Shown here: positions 36,831 through 45,550 of the stretch, piece by piece
Numbering within the stretch: the first letter of the stretch is position 1
How the letters are laid out: each line of letters starts with the position of its first letter
Assembly (NCBI GenBank): GCA_016185525.1
Contig: JACPNK010000004.1
Location: 17,712-73,978, forward strand
Reading direction: 5' to 3'
DNA from: Candidatus Yanofskybacteria bacterium
Lineage (GTDB): Bacteria; Patescibacteriota; Minisyncoccia; 2-02-FULL-40-12; IGHO2-12-FULL-4
Length of the DNA: 56,267 nt
Position numbers and translations under genes: made by a program
The notes under the pieces: generated by a model
Seen by the model: the letters and a program-made list of their open reading frames with translations, nothing else
What the model was told of the DNA's origin: nothing
The model's database searches: none

Positions 36831-37040
36831 TGTTGCGGGGGGAGGATTTGGTTTCGCCTCTCGTCGGCTTCCGCCTCCTCGAGCTAACCACCGCCTCGCG
36901 TCCCGACTCCCCGAAAGGGTCGTCGGGACAAGCTCCGGCGTTCAAATCCTCATGAAAGTGGCGCAAGCCACTTTCTTCCCCTCGCGAGCATAAAGCAAAA
37001 TTAAAACCGCCTAAAAAAGGCGGCTTTAATTTTTCTTATG
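36831..37040. repeat. tRNA-fMet downstream module: long inverted repeat complementary to the tRNA 3' half, plus a duplicated tRNA 3' end
   Basis: TGTTGCGGGGGGAGGATTTG occurs at 36831 and 37039. GTTCAAATCCTC at 36940 is the inverse of 37050-37061. Confidence 0.85.
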
Positions 37041-37080
37041 TTGCGGGGGGAGGATTTGAACCTCCAATCTTTTGGTTATG

Positions 37081-37869
37081 CTTACTACTTCAGCTTTCGC
37101 TGCTCCTTTCGGATTTGTAGTCTGGACTATCCCTTTACCAGTCCTTATTTTATTAGAACAAGGATTGTGGTATCTGCCAACTAGTCTCTACACCTGCCTA
37201 CGCCAAAGGCTGCGGCAGGCAAGCCTTCTCTCTTGCGAAGTAAGCTTGCTTGCAATCCAAAGCTTTAGCGAAGGATTGGTTCGGGATTACCACTATTATC
37301 CAAACAAGACAGTAAAGGCTTCCCCGAATTTGACAGATTATCTTCTAAGCTATTCCTAACTTAGACGCCCTAAGTTGTTTAAAATACGAATTCTTGGTAT
37401 ACTACCAACACATGAGAAAGTCTTTAACTAGAAGTGCTTCTATCTACAAGTACAAAAATCCTTCGGGCGACCCTTTTGATTATAAACCAGAAATTAGTAG
37501 GGAATTGGAAATTGTAGGCTTGCTACTCTGGGTCACAGAAGGAGATCGAACACAGTTATCTCTTGCAAACGGAAACCCCACTATAATTCTACGTTATCTG
37601 GATTTTCTCCGTAAGATTTGTGGTCTAAAAGAAGAAAAAATCAAAGCTGTAGTACACTGCCACGATACATTGCCCTACAAAAAATGCCTGGGATATTGGT
37701 CTGAAATTACCAACATACCAAAAACCCGATTTACAAAACCTTACATTAAACCGGACAAAGGAGGACATAGAAAATATCCCTATGGCATCCTTAGAATAGC
37801 GGCAATGAATATCAAGCTAATCCGTATTTTTAACGAACGATTGAGAGAGTTGGGTCTCTCTAAAGATTG
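37081..37869 (-). mobile_element. Group I intron (IC3-like) between U33 and C34 of tRNA-fMet
   Basis: Exon ends in U and intron ends in G. Core motifs: P AAATTCGGGGAA, Q AATCCCGAACC, R GTAGAGACTAG, S AAGGGATAGTCC. Confidence 0.93.
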
Positions 37870-37870
37870 A
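37412..37870 (+). CDS. Divergent LAGLIDADG-like putative endonuclease, antisense within the tRNA intron
   Basis: VGLLLWVTEGD helix motif, NGNP, YWS..TNIP...F.KP, YG. Promoter TTGTTT-17-TATACT (extended -10) lies 8 nt before the ATG. Confidence 0.7.
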   Translation: MRKSLTRSASIYKYKNPSGDPFDYKPEISRELEIVGLLLWVTEGDRTQLSLANGNPTIILRYLDFLRKICGLKEEKIKAVVHCHDTLPYKKCLGYWSEITNIPKTRFTKPYIKPDKGGHRKYPYGILRIAAMNIKLIRIFNERLRELGLSKD

Positions 37871-37995
37871 GCCAAACGAGATACCGGATTTCTCTACCCC
37901 GCGATATTTAAAACCTATTTGAAAATAGGTTTTAAAATTATAACAGTATTGAAAAATCAAGTAAAGTCATATAAAATTTAACTTAACTAAAATAT

Positions 37996-38070
37996 GTCGG
38001 CGTAGCTCAATGGCAGAGCGAGCGTTTCATAAGCGCTAGGTCGCAGGTCCGATTCCTGCCGCCGACACCA
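37996..38070 (+). tRNA. tRNA-Met (CAT), probably elongator; Ile2 not excluded
   Basis: GTCGGCG/CGCCGAC acceptor stem, anticodon loop TTCATAA, T-arm GCAGG-TCCGATT-CCTGC, encoded CCA. Confidence 0.9.
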
Positions 38071-38078
38071 AAACACAG

Positions 38079-38111
38079 AACACTGCCCCGCTTTTTAAGC
38101 GGGGCAGTGTT
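38079..38111 (+). terminator. Intrinsic terminator after the tRNA
   Basis: AACACTGCCCCGCTT-TTT-AAGCGGGGCAGTGTT. Confidence 0.75.
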
Positions 38112-38179
38112 TGCTTGTGGCTAAAAGATTATGTAAAATCATTGAGACTTTACACCTTAAAAAAAGAGGGAGCGGAAAA

Positions 38180-39637
38180 ATGCAATTTCACGTTGAAGAT
38201 GTCTTTGTCGGTAAAACATTTGACGATTTTTCTATAGAACCACAGCTGGGAGTAGTTGAACACAGGAAAAATATCCAGCTAAAAACTAGGTTCTCTAAAA
38301 ATATTGAACTGAACTTGCCATTAGTTGCATCAAACATGGATACGGTAACTGGCCCCAAAATGTGCATTGCCTTAGCCCAAAACGGAGGAATTGGCATCTT
38401 GCCGCGAAGCGGCGCTATCTCAATCAACCTTCAGACAGAATGGGCCAGAGAAGTAAAAAGAGCGGAAAACTTTATTATCAGAGACCCCTACACAATCTTG
38501 GAAAGCCAAAGCGTGGGTGAGGCTCGCAAAAACATGAAAGAAAAAGGCGTTGGCACATTGCTGGTTGTCAGCGAAAAAAAAGAATTGGTCGGCATGGTGA
38601 CCGAAAGAGACACAATGCTTTGTCTCAACGAAACTGAACCACTGACAGATTGGATGCAAAAAGTAACAAACGGCAACTTGAGATTTATAAAAAACCCAGT
38701 CACGTCTATTGAGGAAGCCGCAAACGAGCTAAAAAAATACAGGGTAAGCAAACTGCCCATAATTGACGGATTGACATTCAAAATTTTGGGCTTAATAACC
38801 GCTAAAGATATAGCCAGACTGCTTAAACACAAATGGGCAAACAAAGACAAAGAAGGCAGGTTGAGGGTCGGCGCGGCCATCGGCGCAACCGGAGACTACA
38901 TGGAAAGAGCAAGTGAACTGATAAAAGCCGGAGTGGATGTAATCGTAATGGACATGGCTCACGCTCGCAATAAAGCGGTGACCGTTAAAGCTATAGAAAA
39001 TTTTAGAAAAAGTTTTGAAAGCTTTGAGCTGGTTTGTGGCAACGTGGCAACATTTGAGGGCGCTGAATTTCTAAAAGACCTAGGCGTGCAGGGCATCAAA
39101 GTCGGCATTGGTTCCGGACACGGTTGTCTGACAAGAATAAAAACAGGAGTAGGAGTTCCGCAAATACAAGCCGTCAGAGCCGTTTGGCACGCTCTGAAAG
39201 ATTCTGATATTCCAATTATTTCAGATGGCGGGATAAGACAGACGGGTCATATTTCCATGGCCTTGGCAGTCGGAGCGTCAAGTGTTATGGTCGGCAGTAT
39301 TTTGGCCGGCACAGAAGAAGCTTTGGGACAATTTATCCAAGACCCTCTAACTGGTGCCAGAAAAAAAGAATACAGAGGCATGACTTCCCCGCAAGCCAAA
39401 CTTGAAGCAAACAGGTCAGAGGACCTACCGAGCAACATAGAAGGTAAATCAGAAAATATCCCCTACCGTGGAAGCGTGACCGGAATCCTTAAGGCAATCC
39501 AGCAGGATCTGCAAAGCATGGTCAGCTATTGCGGAGAAAATGATTTAGAGAAAGCAAGATTAAAACTAGCCAAAGATCCGACAAAATTTTTAATTCCGCT
39601 TTCGCTGGCGGCGACGCAAGAATCCTATCACCGATAA
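38180..39637 (+). CDS. guaB: IMP dehydrogenase/GMP reductase family protein with CBS pair
   Basis: ASNMDTVT, CBS domains, GNVAT, KVGIGSGHGCLTR, ISDGGIR, YRGM. Confidence 0.88.
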   Translation: MQFHVEDVFVGKTFDDFSIEPQLGVVEHRKNIQLKTRFSKNIELNLPLVASNMDTVTGPKMCIALAQNGGIGILPRSGAISINLQTEWAREVKRAENFIIRDPYTILESQSVGEARKNMKEKGVGTLLVVSEKKELVGMVTERDTMLCLNETEPLTDWMQKVTNGNLRFIKNPVTSIEEAANELKKYRVSKLPIIDGLTFKILGLITAKDIARLLKHKWANKDKEGRLRVGAAIGATGDYMERASELIKAGVDVIVMDMAHARNKAVTVKAIENFRKSFESFELVCGNVATFEGAEFLKDLGVQGIKVGIGSGHGCLTRIKTGVGVPQIQAVRAVWHALKDSDIPIISDGGIRQTGHISMALAVGASSVMVGSILAGTEEALGQFIQDPLTGARKKEYRGMTSPQAKLEANRSEDLPSNIEGKSENIPYRGSVTGILKAIQQDLQSMVSYCGENDLEKARLKLAKDPTKFLIPLSLAATQESYHR

Positions 39638-39706
39638 TCCCGTATTTGACGGGATTATTTTTTAATGATATAAGTTTAAAGATTTTTAAAAAATCGGGGA
39701 AAGCAA

Positions 39707-40441
39707 GTGGCAAAAGAACGAGTCCTTTTAAAAATCTCGGGTGAGACGCTTTTGAAAGTTTTCGACGAACCTTTTGAAGCTCAAGCTAAAGTTGGCTATA
39801 ACAGAAAAGCGATAAACTTTATTGCCAAAGAAATTGTTTCTGTTAAAGATTTTTTTGAGTTGGCTATTGTTATCGGCGGCGGCAACCTGGTTCGCGGAAC
39901 ACAACTAAAGGAAGAAGTCCTTCTGCAAGATGGGGTGGTGGCTGACTATGCCGGTATGCTGGGAACAGTTGTTAACGCCATAGTTTTTCAAGAAATTTTG
40001 GAAAAAGATTTTGGTTTGGAAACAAGAGTTCAGACCGGACTGGAAGTCAGGTCAGTCGCTGAGCCTTACATCAGACGAAAAGCAGTTAGTCATTTAAGAA
40101 AAGGGAGGGTTTTGATTTTTGCCGGCGGGACGGGTCATCCGGACTTTTCAACTGACACCGCTATGGTTTTAAGAGCGCATGAAATAGGGGCCGTGCTTGT
40201 TTTGAAAGGAACAAAAGTTGACGGAATTTATGACAAAGACCCTAATAGTTTTTACGATGCTAGATTTCTGGCGCGAATTAGTTATATGGACTACCTAAGC
40301 GGACACCTAAAAATTGTTGACGAAACTGCGGTTACCTTAGCAAGCAAGCACGCCTTGGCCATAAGAGTTTTTAATATTTTCAAAGAAGGCAACCTAAGAA
40401 AAATTTTGACGGGAGAAAAAATTGGATCAGAAATCAGTTAG
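39707..40441 (+). CDS. pyrH: UMP kinase
   Basis: LLKISGE, VIGGGN.VRG, DYAGMLGTVVN, GTGHPDFSTDT, KVDGIYDKDP. Confidence 0.96.
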   Translation: MAKERVLLKISGETLLKVFDEPFEAQAKVGYNRKAINFIAKEIVSVKDFFELAIVIGGGNLVRGTQLKEEVLLQDGVVADYAGMLGTVVNAIVFQEILEKDFGLETRVQTGLEVRSVAEPYIRRKAVSHLRKGRVLIFAGGTGHPDFSTDTAMVLRAHEIGAVLVLKGTKVDGIYDKDPNSFYDARFLARISYMDYLSGHLKIVDETAVTLASKHALAIRVFNIFKEGNLRKILTGEKIGSEIS

Positions 40442-40670
40442 TTCAACATCTTTACTGCTGGATTTTTTAAACCATCCGGGTTCAATAAGATCTGCCAGAG
40501 AAGAAGCTTCGGCTGACGCATTGCTTCTAGAAACGAATGGGAGTTATGACTTAGATAAGTTAAGAGAAGCCTACAAAAAGAGGCTTTGGAAAAATCCAGA
40601 GGATGCTCCAAAGTAAAAGCCCAAATGGGCTTTTGTTTTTTGTAAAGTGTGTTAAATTAAAAGAAAAATT

Positions 40671-40745
40671 GCGGGCGTGGAACAGCCTGGAGTGTTCGTC
40701 TCCCTGTCACGGAGAAGATCGTGGGTTCAAATCCCATCGCCCGCG
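40671..40745 (+). tRNA. tRNA-Asp (GTC)
   Basis: GCGGGCG/CGCCCGC acceptor stem, anticodon loop CTGTCAC, GGTTCAAATCC; CCA not encoded. Confidence 0.95.
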
Positions 40746-40878
40746 CAACTTAACTAAACAAAAATGTCTCTGATGAGACATTTTTGTTTAGTTAACCCCA
40801 TCAAGCAACGTTTGCTGTTGGTGTTGATTTCTGCTAGTAATACCTCAAAGACACTAGCACTTTAAAAAAGAGGCAGTC

Positions 40879-41778
40879 GTGTTCAACTCTCCGGAATTTA
40901 TTCCTTCTATCATTTCCGGTTTTGAAAAAACCGAAAAAGAAAGAATTAAGTTTAAAAAAAGACACAGGCAGGCCACCTTGGTTTCACTTTTTTTTCATAT
41001 CGCTTTGTTCAGCCTGGTCATTTCCTTACTGATCAAACAAAAAGACGAAGCAGACCGGGTCATAGTCATAGTCAGCAACACTCCCATGTACCTACCTCCC
41101 GGCAACAGCAAAGAAGGCGGCGGAGGCGGCGGCGGAGGAAAAAAAGAAAAACTTCCTCCAGAAAAGGGCAGATTGCCGGAAACAATTCGGCCAAAATTAG
41201 TGGCACCTGACCCAAAAGAACCCCAACCCCTAATCCCCCCGGAAAACAAAGAAGACCCCGGCCAAAAAATCGTAACTCCCATAGAAATCCCGCAAGATTC
41301 AACATTGCCCGTCGGCGACATACAGGCGCCGCCCAACAATCAAAAGTCTTCCGGATCGGGAACTGGTGATGGTGTCGGCACCGGCAAAGGTGACGGATCA
41401 GGCTCGGGTTCCGGCAGTGGAGGCGGGTCTGGCAGTGGCGGCGGAGTTGGCTCCGGCACCGGCGGAGGAACCGGCGATGGTATCGGTCCGTATTCGGCGG
41501 GCAGTGGTGTCATTTTACCGGTCCCCATCCTGCAACCTAAGCCGCCCTACACGGAAGAGGCGCGCAGACAAAATATACAAGGAAATTTAGTTCTTCAGGT
41601 TATCATCAGAAAAAACGGCAGAGTTGAAGATATTAAAATCATAAAAAGCCTTGGCTACGGCTTAGACGAATCAGCGGTTGAGACCATAGCAAACAAATGG
41701 CTTTTCAAACCGGCTACACTCAAAGGAAAGCCTGTCGATGTGCAAGTGCAAATTGAGGTTACTTTTAATCTCTTATAA
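40879..41778 (+). CDS. TonB C-terminal domain protein
   Basis: N-terminal TM with SLFFH, Pro/Gly-rich linker, PPYTEEARRQNIQGNLVL...GLDESAVE...W.FKPA..GKPVDV. Confidence 0.9.
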   Translation: MFNSPEFIPSIISGFEKTEKERIKFKKRHRQATLVSLFFHIALFSLVISLLIKQKDEADRVIVIVSNTPMYLPPGNSKEGGGGGGGGKKEKLPPEKGRLPETIRPKLVAPDPKEPQPLIPPENKEDPGQKIVTPIEIPQDSTLPVGDIQAPPNNQKSSGSGTGDGVGTGKGDGSGSGSGSGGGSGSGGGVGSGTGGGTGDGIGPYSAGSGVILPVPILQPKPPYTEEARRQNIQGNLVLQVIIRKNGRVEDIKIIKSLGYGLDESAVETIANKWLFKPATLKGKPVDVQVQIEVTFNLL

Positions 41779-41847
41779 AGATGACGGTTATTTTGTTTGA
41801 CAGTAACCGTTTTTTATTTTACAATTCAGCAAATAGTTCCTTAACTT

Positions 41848-43050
41848 ATGTCCATCAAGGAGAGCAAGATGACTGACCCTAAAGTTTTAGCCGCCCAGTA
41901 TTATGAAGACTTTAACAGGTTCGCCGGAGACTTGTACCCCAACCGATACAGTCATATTTTTTGCCTGCAACTGGCAGAACAGACTCTTGAGATAAAGCGT
42001 TTAGCTCAAGAAAAAAATTCTAAATTAGCCGTTCACTACTACCCACCCCCGGAATTTCATGAGATAGCCGATAAACTGGGAGATTCTCTGGCTTTAAGCA
42101 GATTTATAAATGAGGCCAAATCTCCCAGAGTAGACTTCCAAGCGGTATTTTTCATGGCCGCCACAGCCAAAATGCTGGCCGGTGACGCAACCAGAGTCTT
42201 TGTTTCCGGAGGTCCGGAAGAGCTTGGCTGTTCTTTGGTCTTCGGTACCGACCACATCTGGCTTGAAAGTTGGAAAAGAAAAAACCCCGAAGGGCTTTTG
42301 ATAACTTACATAAATAGCGACGCTTATACAAAATCTATAAGTGATTTTATCTCAACTTCTCGCAACACCGCCCAAATCATCGCTCACGCCGCCACGCAAT
42401 ACCCCGGAAAAAAAATATTGGTTCTGCCGGATAAATTTCTGGGTTATGTTATGAAAGCAAAAGCGGTTGAAATTTTAGAAAAAAAAGATTTTTCTATAGA
42501 CCCCGATTTAATTGAAGTTTACGAACAGAGTTTTGGCGGCTTCAACGCCTGCTGTTACGTTCATGAACAGTTTGGGCATGATGCGATTGAAGTAGCCATG
42601 ATTGAACATCCGGAAGCTGTAATAATGCTTCATCCGGAGTGCGGATGCTTTAGTTTATGTCTAAGCAAACTGCAACAAGGCATCATTCCCTACGAAAAAG
42701 CTATAATAGCATCGACCGAACAGATGATTAAATTTGCCGAATCGTCGGAATCGGAAGAGTTCATTGTCTCCACCGAACCGGGCTTGTTGTACGCCTTACG
42801 CAAACGGTTACCGGACAAAAAGTTTATTCCGGTTTCGGCGGAAGCCCATTGCCGGTACATGAAGTCCAACACCTTTGAAAAACTTATCCGGTCACTGAAA
42901 GAGGATCGCATGGAAGTAATCCTTTGCGATAACTGCAAATTCTGCACTAACCCCAAAGTAACTTACAGAGACGAGAGGACGATTCATATCCCAAGAGAAG
43001 TAGCCAATCTGGTCAAACCAAAAATTGAAATAATGAACTCCTTTCAGTAA
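41848..43050 (+). CDS. nadA: Quinolinate synthase
   Basis: HYY, GDSLALS, FMA, GCSL, YINS, TSRN, PDKFLG, CYVH, HPEC, CRYMK (three 4Fe-4S cysteines present). Confidence 0.92.
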   Translation: MSIKESKMTDPKVLAAQYYEDFNRFAGDLYPNRYSHIFCLQLAEQTLEIKRLAQEKNSKLAVHYYPPPEFHEIADKLGDSLALSRFINEAKSPRVDFQAVFFMAATAKMLAGDATRVFVSGGPEELGCSLVFGTDHIWLESWKRKNPEGLLITYINSDAYTKSISDFISTSRNTAQIIAHAATQYPGKKILVLPDKFLGYVMKAKAVEILEKKDFSIDPDLIEVYEQSFGGFNACCYVHEQFGHDAIEVAMIEHPEAVIMLHPECGCFSLCLSKLQQGIIPYEKAIIASTEQMIKFAESSESEEFIVSTEPGLLYALRKRLPDKKFIPVSAEAHCRYMKSNTFEKLIRSLKEDRMEVILCDNCKFCTNPKVTYRDERTIHIPREVANLVKPKIEIMNSFQ

Positions 43051-43686
43051 CTAACCCAGCACTCCCAATTCGCGGAGTGCTTTTTCATAGTCGCGAATAG
43101 CCTCCCGAGCGTCATTATATCTAATCTGATAATCCGGATCGTGGACGATAAGATTTCTTAATTTGTGAGCTGACCAAAGAGAGTCAATTGAGGCTAGTTG
43201 ATTCTTGTTTATCTGCTTTAATTTCTCGCCAAGTGTCTCACCCGGATAGCCGGCTTGAGTTAAAATGTCTTCTACAATATTGTCCGCTTCTATAACCGCA
43301 AACTTCCACTCGGCATCGCGCAACGACTGGAGATGCTCCAAAACCTCTTTCCACCTGGCATCATATTTGCTCTCGCCGACAGCTGGGGGGTTGACTTGGT
43401 CTTTGAGCTCAACAATCTTTTCTGTGTATTTGTTTCTCATTTTGACCACCAGCCAAATAAGCAAAACTCCAAAAAATAGCGATAAGCTAATGCCGATTAT
43501 TTTTAAAATTAAAACTGTTTGGGAAACATCAAAGTCTCTGACAGTTTGCAGTGTGTTTGCCGCAAGTTTTTCAAACCCTGGCTGGCTGCCATCTCCGGGT
43601 CCGCCAAGAGCCGGCCCAACGCCGCTGTAAATATTGCTCAAAGCTTGGTTTGTTATTTCGTCTATATCGTTTAAATCAAGAGCCAT
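43051..43686 (-). CDS. Conserved hypothetical membrane protein with HEPN-like C-terminus
   Basis: One TM segment; AVIEAD...GETLGEKLK...AHKLRNLIVH. Confidence 0.75.
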   Translation of the reverse strand: MALDLNDIDEITNQALSNIYSGVGPALGGPGDGSQPGFEKLAANTLQTVRDFDVSQTVLILKIIGISLSLFFGVLLIWLVVKMRNKYTEKIVELKDQVNPPAVGESKYDARWKEVLEHLQSLRDAEWKFAVIEADNIVEDILTQAGYPGETLGEKLKQINKNQLASIDSLWSAHKLRNLIVHDPDYQIRYNDAREAIRDYEKALRELGVLG

Positions 43687-43694
43687 AACTTGAG

Positions 43695-43835
43695 AATTTC
43701 TAATTAACCTAACTGCTCTAATTGATCTAAATAACTCCCAATGTCTGAATTTCTAACATCTAAACTGGGTTTTGGGTTATTAGGATTTGGAACTTGATTA
43801 GAACAATTACGTCAATTAGAGTAATTAGGTCAATT
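43695..43835. repeat. Inverted degenerate ~9-mer repeats (CTAATTGAC/GTCAATTAG)
   Basis: CTAATTAACCTAACTGCTCTAATTGATCTAA...TTAGAACAATTACGTCAATTAGAGTAATTAGGTCAATT. A half-copy is at 46520-46555. Confidence 0.75.
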
Positions 43836-43844
43836 TATTTATAA

Positions 43845-45236
43845 CTAACTAGCCATTTCATACTGATGCGCCACTCTCAAAATTGTCTCCTCATCAAACT
43901 TTTTGCCGATAATCTGAAGACCAACCGGCAAATCGCCGACTTTGCCGCAAGGCACGGAAATTGCCGGTAAACCAGCCAAATTAACTGAAACCGTGTAAGT
44001 ATCAGATAGATACATGGACAAAGGATCTTCTTTCTCCCCTATTTTAAAAGCCGGTGTCGGCGTAGTCGGTCCGACAATTATATCAAACTTTTCAAAAACT
44101 TTTTCAAAATCCTGCCGTATCAAAGTTCTCACTTTTTGAGCCCTTAAATAGTAAGCGTCATAATATCCCGAAGACAAAGCGTAAGTTCCTAAAATTATTC
44201 TTCTCCTGACTTCTTCGCCAAAACCTTCAGAACGGCTTTTAATATAAGTGTCCAGTAAATTCTCCCCTTCTTTGCGCAAGCCGTACCTGATACCGTCATA
44301 GCGGGCCAGGTTTGAAGAAACCTCCGAAGGAACAATCAAATAGTAAGTCGCTAAAGCATAGTCGGCATGGGGCAAACTGACTTGGTCAACATGAGCGCCC
44401 AAGCTTTCAAGTTTAGAAATAGCTTGTTCAACCTTGTTGTTAACTTCAGAGTCCAAACCCTCGCTAAAATACTCTCTAGGCATGGCAATTTTTAAACCTT
44501 TTACTGACTTTGTCAAGTCTTCTGTAAAATCCGGGACTCTCTCGTTGGCAGTGGTAGAATCCAACGAATCTTTTCCGGCCAAAAAATTAAGAATCAGAGC
44601 CGAATCGTAAACATTTTTAGTCAACGGCCCGATCTGATCCAAGCTTGAAGCCATTGAAATCAAACCGTAACGGGAGACGCGCCCGTATGTCGGCTTAAGG
44701 CCGACTACCCCGCAAAACGCCGCCGGTTGTCTGATTGAGCCGCCAGTGTCCGAACCCAACGCCGCCACCGTTAAACCAGCCGCCACAGCCGCCGCCGAGC
44801 CCCCGCTTGATCCGCCCGGAACACGACTGTGGTCATACGGATTTTTGGTTACGCCAAAAGCGGAATTTTCCGTAGAAGCGCCCATGGCAAATTCGTCCAG
44901 ATTTGTTTTACCCAAAAAACTTGCCCCGGCAGATCTCAACTTGCTAATCACCGTAGCGTCATAAACAGCTCTGTGATTTTTCAAAATCTTAGAGCTGGCA
45001 GTCGTAACCATATCTTTCATGCAAATATTATCTTTAACCGCCAAGGGTACCCCGGCAAGTTCTCCGTCGACTGGTTCTTGAAATTCTGCCACACTAAGAT
45101 AGGCATTGAGTTTGCCATTTTCTTTTTCTATCAAATCCAAAAACTTTTTATACAATTCTCCAGCCGAAAATTCTCTCTTCCGTATTCCCTCTTGAACACC
45201 TCTGACAGTGAGTTTTGTCATTTGTTCATTTGTCAT
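43845..45236 (-). CDS. gatA: Asp/Glu-tRNA amidotransferase subunit A
   Basis: [44 protein letters not shown]. Confidence 0.99.
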   Translation of the reverse strand: MTNEQMTKLTVRGVQEGIRKREFSAGELYKKFLDLIEKENGKLNAYLSVAEFQEPVDGELAGVPLAVKDNICMKDMVTTASSKILKNHRAVYDATVISKLRSAGASFLGKTNLDEFAMGASTENSAFGVTKNPYDHSRVPGGSSGGSAAAVAAGLTVAALGSDTGGSIRQPAAFCGVVGLKPTYGRVSRYGLISMASSLDQIGPLTKNVYDSALILNFLAGKDSLDSTTANERVPDFTEDLTKSVKGLKIAMPREYFSEGLDSEVNNKVEQAISKLESLGAHVDQVSLPHADYALATYYLIVPSEVSSNLARYDGIRYGLRKEGENLLDTYIKSRSEGFGEEVRRRIILGTYALSSGYYDAYYLRAQKVRTLIRQDFEKVFEKFDIIVGPTTPTPAFKIGEKEDPLSMYLSDTYTVSVNLAGLPAISVPCGKVGDLPVGLQIIGKKFDEETILRVAHQYEMAS

Positions 45237-45531
45237 TTGTCATTAAAATAGATTTTACTTTAATAAAGCCGTCTTTTTTATCCGGCGCTTGCTCTAAAAT
45301 ATTTACCACAATTTCCGGATCGTAAACGCTGTTGCTAAAATCGGAACGCATTACATTTGCAGTGCCGCTGCCGCTAACTGTCGGCTCAACTTGGCTGACA
45401 TCAAGTTCATTAAGCTTGTCAATATAATCCAAAACCAAAGAAAGCTCCTTTTGGAACTTGACTTTTTCCTTTTCATTGAGTTTTAAGCGGGCAAGTTGAG
45501 CAATATGTTCAACTTCTTTTTCTGTAATCAT
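45226..45531 (-). CDS. gatC: Asp/Glu-tRNA amidotransferase subunit C
   Basis: [10 protein letters not shown]...[12 protein letters not shown]; lies upstream of gatA. Confidence 0.95.
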   Translation of the reverse strand: MITEKEVEHIAQLARLKLNEKEKVKFQKELSLVLDYIDKLNELDVSQVEPTVSGSGTANVMRSDFSNSVYDPEIVVNILEQAPDKKDGFIKVKSILMTNDK

Positions 45532-45550
45532 GCCTTGATTATATGTTTTT

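Larger units (their letters stand above)
37041..37903 (-). tRNA. tRNA-fMet (CAT), split by a group I intron; exons 37870-37903 and 37041-37080
   Basis: Spliced sequence CGCGGGGTAGAGAAATCCGGTATCTCGTTTGGCT|CATAACCAAAAGATTGGAGGTTCAAATCCTCCCCCCGCAA. C1.A72 mismatch; CCA not encoded. Confidence 0.93.

Noticed and set aside
36831-36951. An additional intact tRNA gene
   Set aside because: Only a 3'-end duplicate and an inverted T-arm copy are present; no D or anticodon arms.
36530-37359. Short ORFs 36530-36736, 36701-36955, 36718-36966 and 37072-37359
   Set aside because: They overlap structured repeats or the intron ribozyme core and are better explained as non-coding.
40422-40616. 64-aa ORF after pyrH
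   Set aside because: Overlaps the pyrH end with a weak start and no motif; cannot be supported, though a short peptide is not excluded.
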